Shown: positions 53,778-59,259 of the stretch, one piece after another | How positions within the stretch are numbered: position 1 is the first letter of the stretch | How the letters are laid out: each line of letters opens with the position of its first letter | Source: Candidatus Nomurabacteria bacterium GW2011_GWE1_32_28 | GTDB taxonomy: Bacteria > Patescibacteriota > Minisyncoccia > Phycocordibacterales > UBA9973 | Reading direction: 5' to 3' | DNA: 59,259 nucleotides | Assembly (NCBI GenBank): GCA_000989515.1 | Contig: LBOM01000001.1 | Span: 1-59,259, forward strand | Position numbers and translations under genes: made by a program | The notes under the pieces: generated by a model | What the model was told of the DNA's origin: nothing | The model's input: the letters and a program-made list of their open reading frames with translations, nothing else | Databases searched by the model: none

Positions 53778-54422
53778 ATGATAATCACATATTTTGGTGA
53801 GCAATTTTTTAAGATAGGTCAAGGAGAAATGGTTCTTGCTTTTAACCCTGTAAGCAAAGCTGCTAAATCAAACATATCAGCTCATTTTGGTGCGGATATA
53901 GCTTTTGTTACTACAAATCATCCTTTATATAATGGAGTAGAACAACTTTCTCATGGTGATCGTATGCCTTTTGTCATTAATGGTCCTGGGGATTATGAAA
54001 TTAAAGATATTTTTGTAAAAGGTGTAATGTCTGATGCTCTTGTTTCTAATAAAAATTATATTAATACAATTTATTCTTTTACCTTAGATAATATAAAAGT
54101 TGCATTTTTTGGTGCATTATCAAATCCTGAAATTTCAAAAGAGACACAAGAATCTATTAACAGTCCAGATATTATCTTTATTCCAATTGGTGGAGATAGT
54201 GCATCAAAAGAAGCAAGTGTTCTCAGTGCTAAATCAGCAGCTAAGTTTGCTTTATTGTTTGATCCCAAATTGATAATACCTATGAGCTATAATGATGAGA
54301 CATTGAAAGTATTTTTGAAAGAAATAGGAGAAGAAAAAGCTCTTGAAGTAGATAAATTAACATTAAAACTTAAAGATTTAGACGGCAAAGAAGGAGAAGT
54401 GGTAGTCTTAAAAGCAATATAA
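53778..54422 (+). CDS. MBL-fold (UPF0173/UlaG-like) protein with degenerate metal motif
   Basis: MIITYFGEQFFKI start typical of the family. TTNHPLYNG replaces HxHxDH. TATAAT lies 7 nt upstream of this ATG. Confidence 0.55.
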   Translation: MIITYFGEQFFKIGQGEMVLAFNPVSKAAKSNISAHFGADIAFVTTNHPLYNGVEQLSHGDRMPFVINGPGDYEIKDIFVKGVMSDALVSNKNYINTIYSFTLDNIKVAFFGALSNPEISKETQESINSPDIIFIPIGGDSASKEASVLSAKSAAKFALLFDPKLIIPMSYNDETLKVFLKEIGEEKALEVDKLTLKLKDLDGKEGEVVVLKAI

Positions 54423-54436
54423 AAAACTTGATTTAT

Positions 54437-54685
54437 ATGAAAAAATTTATTAATCATTTAAGAAGACAGCCAGAGGAAACCAGAAGACATATTTTACATA
54501 TTCTTATATTTGTTGTTGCTATTATTATGATAATATTTTGGGTTTTTAGCTTGGGGACAAATTTAACAAGTGTTGATACACAAGTAAAAATGAAAGAAGA
54601 TTTGAAGCCATTTACAGTTTTAAAAGATAATATAGTTGATGGATATAAAAGTACTTCAGAAACTGACTCTCCTGAAACAGAGTAA
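54437..54685 (+). CDS. small single-TM protein
   Basis: [37 protein letters not shown]. Confidence 0.4.
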   Translation: MKKFINHLRRQPEETRRHILHILIFVVAIIMIIFWVFSLGTNLTSVDTQVKMKEDLKPFTVLKDNIVDGYKSTSETDSPETE

Positions 54686-54690
54686 TATTT

Positions 54691-57147
54691 ATGGTAAAAA
54701 AAATTATAGAAAAAATAGAAGAGCCAAAAGATAAAATCATAGAAGTTGATGTTATAAAAGAAATGCAAGAATCTTATTTGGCATACGCTATGACTGTCAT
54801 AACTTCACGCGCATTACCAGACGTAAGAGATGGTTTAAAACCAGTTCATCGAAGAATTTTATTTGGAATGAATGAAATGGGTCTTACTTCTACAGCACGT
54901 TTCAGAAAATCTGCAGCAATAGTAGGAGATGTTCTTGGAAAATATCATCCACATGGAGATACCGCAGTTTATGACACTATGGTTGGAATGGCACAAGAAT
55001 TTTCTTATCGTTATCCTTTAGTTTGGGGGCAGGGAAACTTTGGTTCTATTGATGGAGATAGTGCTGCTGCTATGCGTTATACAGAAGCAAAAATGACTAA
55101 AATATCTAATGAGCTTTTACGAGATCTAGAAAAAGAAACAGTCGATTTTCGCTCAAATTATGATCAAACTCGTAAAGAGCCGATAGTACTTCCTACAGCA
55201 GTGCCGGCTTTGCTCTTAAACGGAACTCTTGGTATTGCTGTAGGTATGGCGACGAATATTCCACCACACAACTTAGCTGAAGTTTTAGATGCAACGACTT
55301 ATTTAATTGAAAACGAAGAAGCTACGACTGAAGATTTAATGAAATTTGTGAAAGGTCCAGATTTTCCTACTGGTGGTATTGCTTATAATTACAAAGACAT
55401 GCTTCATGCATATAGTACAGGTAGAGGTGGTGTAGTGTGCAGAGGAGAGGCTGAAATAATAGAACAAAAAGGAGGAAATTTTCAGATTATTATTACGTCA
55501 ATTCCTTATAGAGTAAATAAATCAAATTTAATAATGGCTATTGCAGAGCTAGTTCAAGAAAAAAAACTTGATGGTGTAAAAGGGCTTAGGGATGAATCTA
55601 CAAAGGACATAAGAATCGTTATTGATTTAAAAAATACAGCTGTCGCTGAAAAAGTATTAAATTATATTTATAAAAATACACAGCTTGAATCAAATTTTAA
55701 TTTTAACGTTGTAGCATTAGTTGATGGTGTTCCTCAAACTCTTTCTCTAAAATCAATACTTTCTTTGTTTATTGAACATAGAAAAGAAGTTGTAAAAAGA
55801 AGAGGAGAATATGATTTAAGAAAAGCACAAGAACGTGAACACATTTTACTTGGTTTGAAAAAAGCACTTGACAAGATAGATCGTGTAATTACAGTAATAC
55901 GTTCTTCAAAAGATAGTCAGATTGCTAAATTAAATTTAATGAAAGAATTTAAATTTTCAGAGTTGCAAACTATAGCAATTTTAGAAATGAAATTACAAAA
56001 ACTTGCTGGACTTGAGAGAAAGGCTGTTGAAAATGAACTTTTGGAAAAACAGAAATTTATCAAGGAAATAAAAGATCTTTTAGCTTCATCAAAGAAAATA
56101 CTTTCAGTTATAGCAAGTGAATTAAAAGAGATTCGTGAAAAATATGCAGATGAACGTAGAACAAAAATAGTTAAAGGAGGTAATAAAGAAATTTCTGATG
56201 AAGATTTAATTCCAGATAAAGAAACTATGTTAGTTTTTTCTGCTGGTGGGTATGTAAAAAGAACTGATCCGATAGAGTATCATTCACAAAAAAGAGGTGG
56301 AGTAGGAGTTGTCGATCTTGAAATAAAAGAAGAAGATTTTGTGACGATGCTTGTTTCTGGTTCTACTCATAGTGATTTGCTTTTCTTTACAAATCTAGGT
56401 AAGGCTTATCAAATGAAAATGTATGATATACCAGAAGGCCGTCGTGCTACTCGTGGTAAATCAATAATGAATTTTATAGCACTTAATAGTGAAGAAAAAG
56501 TTACTTCTATTTTACCAATGCCAAAAGATTTTGAAAAAAATGGATCTTCATTAATGCTTATAACTAAAAATGGTTCAGCTAAAAAAATGTCTAGTGCTAG
56601 TTTTAAAGATGTTCGTAGAAGTGGAATTATTTCTATTCGTTTAGACAAAGGAGACAGTCTTGTTTCTGCTCTTCTAACAAATAAAGGTGATGATGTGATG
56701 CTTGCTACGACAGGAGGACAATCTATTAAATTTAAAGAATCAGACATAAGAGAGATGGGTAGAACAGCAGGAGGTGTTCGTGGTATAAAGCTTGGTAAGG
56801 GTGATGAAGTAATAGGTGTTGATGTTGTTAGAAAAGAAAACAAAGATGGTTCATTCCTAACTATGAGTGCTAACGGATTTGGAAAGAAAACTTCTCTTAA
56901 AGAATATAAGATTCAAAAAAGAGGAGGCTCTGGTATTAAGACTGCAAAAATAACACCTAAGACAGGTAAACTCATAGTTGCTAAAGTATTAACAGGAGAA
57001 GAGGAAGAATTGATAGCTATGTCAAAAAAGGGACAAGTCATAAGAACAGCCTTAAAAGATATCTCATCTCTTGGTAGACAAACTCAAGGTGTGACTATCA
57101 TGCGTCTTCGCACTGGAGATAGTATTGCATCTCTTGTCTGTGCATAG
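54691..57147 (+). CDS. gyrA: DNA gyrase subunit A
   Basis: AMRYTEAK active-site Tyr region, [11 protein letters not shown], and a C-terminal beta-pinwheel with GRQTQGV repeats. Confidence 0.95.
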   Translation: MVKKIIEKIEEPKDKIIEVDVIKEMQESYLAYAMTVITSRALPDVRDGLKPVHRRILFGMNEMGLTSTARFRKSAAIVGDVLGKYHPHGDTAVYDTMVGMAQEFSYRYPLVWGQGNFGSIDGDSAAAMRYTEAKMTKISNELLRDLEKETVDFRSNYDQTRKEPIVLPTAVPALLLNGTLGIAVGMATNIPPHNLAEVLDATTYLIENEEATTEDLMKFVKGPDFPTGGIAYNYKDMLHAYSTGRGGVVCRGEAEIIEQKGGNFQIIITSIPYRVNKSNLIMAIAELVQEKKLDGVKGLRDESTKDIRIVIDLKNTAVAEKVLNYIYKNTQLESNFNFNVVALVDGVPQTLSLKSILSLFIEHRKEVVKRRGEYDLRKAQEREHILLGLKKALDKIDRVITVIRSSKDSQIAKLNLMKEFKFSELQTIAILEMKLQKLAGLERKAVENELLEKQKFIKEIKDLLASSKKILSVIASELKEIREKYADERRTKIVKGGNKEISDEDLIPDKETMLVFSAGGYVKRTDPIEYHSQKRGGVGVVDLEIKEEDFVTMLVSGSTHSDLLFFTNLGKAYQMKMYDIPEGRRATRGKSIMNFIALNSEEKVTSILPMPKDFEKNGSSLMLITKNGSAKKMSSASFKDVRRSGIISIRLDKGDSLVSALLTNKGDDVMLATTGGQSIKFKESDIREMGRTAGGVRGIKLGKGDEVIGVDVVRKENKDGSFLTMSANGFGKKTSLKEYKIQKRGGSGIKTAKITPKTGKLIVAKVLTGEEEELIAMSKKGQVIRTALKDISSLGRQTQGVTIMRLRTGDSIASLVCA

Positions 57148-57184
57148 TATATGCATAATATATTTTTTATACTATAATATATCT

Positions 57185-57709
57185 ATGTTTACTGATCCAG
57201 TAAAAAATTTGAAGGCTCTTGGTTTAAGAGAAAACATGATAGTTGCAGATTTGGGTGCTGGTTCTGGATATTATTCCTTACCTCTTTCTAAAATAGTTTC
57301 AATGGGAAAAGTTTATGCTATTGAAATACAAAAAGATTATTTAACAACTCTTATAAATAAGATAAAAGAAGACCACATTAAAAATATTGAGTGTCTTTTA
57401 GGTGACGTTGAAAAGATAGGTGGTACAAAATTGAAAGATAATATTGTGGATGCGGTTATTGCTTCTAACATTTTTTTTCAAATAGAAAACAAAGATAAAT
57501 TTATAAATGAAACAAAAAGAATATTAAAACCTAATGGTAAATTACTTTTAATTGACTGGTCTCAAAGTTCTCATATTATTGGTTCTAGTTTAAATGATAT
57601 TATTTCAAAAAATAAAGTACAGGAAATGTTTGAAAAAAAGGGTTTTAAAAAAGAACGTGATATCGATGCAGGTGAACATCATTATGGTATAATATTAATC
57701 AAGTCATAA
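57185..57709 (+). CDS. class I SAM-dependent methyltransferase
   Basis: VADLGAGSGYYS motif. I moved the start to MFTDPVKNL, which has TATAAT 5 nt upstream. Confidence 0.75.
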   Translation: MFTDPVKNLKALGLRENMIVADLGAGSGYYSLPLSKIVSMGKVYAIEIQKDYLTTLINKIKEDHIKNIECLLGDVEKIGGTKLKDNIVDAVIASNIFFQIENKDKFINETKRILKPNGKLLLIDWSQSSHIIGSSLNDIISKNKVQEMFEKKGFKKERDIDAGEHHYGIILIKS

Positions 57710-57745
57710 AGTAGAAAGTTTATAAAGTAAAATGTAAATTAATTC

Positions 57746-59038
57746 ATGAAAGGAAATTTTCAAATTATAGTTTTAATTATATTTATTGCAGCAGCTGTTC
57801 TTGGTGTTTTTGTCTTTTCTGGTGCAATACCTATTGGTAAGAATACTAATACAGGAGGACAGGGGACTGTTGTATTATGGGGTACTGTAAAATCTCAAAT
57901 TTTAAATCCATTAATCCAAGAATTTAATCGTAATAATAATACTTTTATTGTAAAGTATGAAGAAAAGTCAGTTGATACTTTTGATAATGATCTATTAGAA
58001 GCACTAGCAGCAGGAGCGGGTCCAGATATATTTTTTATTACTGATGATTTAATATTAAAATATAGTAATAAAATTTTTACTATTCCATATAGCAGTCTAC
58101 CTCTTAATATCTTTAAGAATAATTTTATTGGTGCTGCTGAAGTATTTTTGACTTCAAATGGAGTCTTGGCTTTTCCTCTTGCTGTTGATCCAATGATGAT
58201 GTATTACAATAGAACTATTCTTGATGCAAATAGTATTGCTTATCCTCCAGTTTATTGGGATGAATTTAATAACTTGGTTCCAATTTTGACCAAGAAAGAT
58301 GATAATGGGGCCCTCCAAAAAAGTACTGTTGCTATGGGGCAATTTTCTAATATTTTATATGCTAAAGAAATATTGTCTACTTTTTTTATGCAAGCAGAGA
58401 ATTCAATTATTTCTGAAAAAGATGGAGTTTTTCTTTCTACATTGGGTAATGATAACAAAAAATATGATTTAGGTTTAATCTTAAAATTTTATACAGATTT
58501 CGCTGATCCTTTGAAAGATGTTTATTCTTGGAATAAATCTTTTTCTAATTCACGTGATGCATTTAGTGAAGAAAATCTAGCATTTTATTTTGGATTTGCT
58601 AGTGAACTTAAATCATTAATTAATAAAAACCCTAATCAGAATTTTTTAGTTGCACCTATGCCTCAGATAAGAAATAGTACTTTAAAATTAACATCTGGTC
58701 ATACCACAGGTATCGCTATTTCTTCCTTTTCTAAGAATCTTAACACTGCTTTTATTGTTGCTAATTTAATGTCAAATGGCAATTTTGCTTCTGATTTTGC
58801 TAATTCTCTCGGAATAGCTCCAGTACGTAGAGAGTTACTTAAAGTTGTACCAACAGATGCATATCTATCTACTTTTTATACTTCAGCTTTTTTTGCGAAA
58901 AGTTGGACTGATCCATCATCTAAGGATACCAATGATATTTTTAAAAATATGGTTGAAAAAGTACTTTCAAATAGTATGACAACAAAAGAAGCAATAAGAG
59001 ATGCTAGTGCTAAGCTTCAACTTTTATTAATTAAGTAA
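57746..59038 (+). CDS. membrane-anchored ABC-transporter substrate-binding protein (family 1-like)
   Basis: N-terminal TM, size, and sugar-SBP-like blocks (VVLWGT, GPDIFFITDD). Confidence 0.65.
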   Translation: MKGNFQIIVLIIFIAAAVLGVFVFSGAIPIGKNTNTGGQGTVVLWGTVKSQILNPLIQEFNRNNNTFIVKYEEKSVDTFDNDLLEALAAGAGPDIFFITDDLILKYSNKIFTIPYSSLPLNIFKNNFIGAAEVFLTSNGVLAFPLAVDPMMMYYNRTILDANSIAYPPVYWDEFNNLVPILTKKDDNGALQKSTVAMGQFSNILYAKEILSTFFMQAENSIISEKDGVFLSTLGNDNKKYDLGLILKFYTDFADPLKDVYSWNKSFSNSRDAFSEENLAFYFGFASELKSLINKNPNQNFLVAPMPQIRNSTLKLTSGHTTGIAISSFSKNLNTAFIVANLMSNGNFASDFANSLGIAPVRRELLKVVPTDAYLSTFYTSAFFAKSWTDPSSKDTNDIFKNMVEKVLSNSMTTKEAIRDASAKLQLLLIK

Positions 59039-59042
59039 AATT

Positions 59043-59259
59043 ATGAGAAAAATAAATTTGAAAATATTTTTAATTATTGCATTTGTTTTAACTGGAGTTT
59101 TTTCTTTATTTTTTATTTCTAATACAAAAGTAATAGCTCAAACAGAAGATGAGATTATTGTAACAACTACAGGATATTCTGTGTTGAGTCCTGATATTTT
59201 TGTTTTTACTGGAGATTATTCTGGTAATTTTGAAAAAAAAGGATTTACTACTTATTTTC
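59043..59259 (+). CDS. secreted hypothetical protein, N-terminal part (runs off the window)
   Basis: MRKINLKIFLIIAFVLTGVFSLFFISNTKVIAQTEDE... is open to the window end. Confidence 0.5.
   Translation, partial: MRKINLKIFLIIAFVLTGVFSLFFISNTKVIAQTEDEIIVTTTGYSVLSPDIFVFTGDYSGNFEKKGFTTYF

Overview
Strongly AT-rich bacterial chromosome segment that looks like a Candidate Phyla Radiation (Patescibacteria / Parcubacteria-like) genome. Evidence for that placement: a divergent 16S rRNA gene with universal-primer-site variants and an internal insertion, a stand-alone 16S unit with no 23S or 5S nearby, many membrane-anchored hypothetical proteins, and reduced metabolism. TGA is a stop codon and an RF2 gene is present, so the standard code 11 applies. 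Recognisable genes: prfB, ftsEX, pyrG, a GT2/GtrA/methyltransferase/PMT-TPR glycosylation cluster, engB, two histidine kinases and one OmpR-type regulator, apbE plus a membrane/FNR-like redox pair, the oxidative pentose-phosphate genes (pgl, gnd, zwf), a CcdA/thioredoxin-like module, rnj, secG, secA, ddl, murE-murD-murC, rpsA and gyrA. There are also three tRNAs (Thr-GGT, Thr-CGT, Gln-CTG) and a minus-strand cluster of secreted surface proteins at the left end. I found no IS element, prophage, CRISPR array or recognisable defence system. The most unusual signals are RNA- and repeat-level. (1) An AATTACG heptad repeat occurs as a 107-nt palindromic insertion in 16S helix h40, twice in-frame inside murD, and once intergenically. 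(2) The 16S 3' tail has no CCUCC anti-Shine-Dalgarno, and about 14 genes have a TATAAT box 5-8 nt before the start codon, which suggests leaderless mRNAs. One of these is prfB, which starts 2 nt after a tRNA. (3) There is a class of long AT-armed hairpins with GC-rich cores, two of which are clearly homologous. (4) Two Lys-rich micro-ORFs are each followed by a hairpin. (5) A PaaX/Cas2-fold regulator gene is bracketed by two near-identical 32-nt hairpins. (6) An ApbE plus split NOX/MsrQ-Fre-like operon sits next to the NADPH-generating genes. All functional calls come from reading motifs by eye; no database search was possible.
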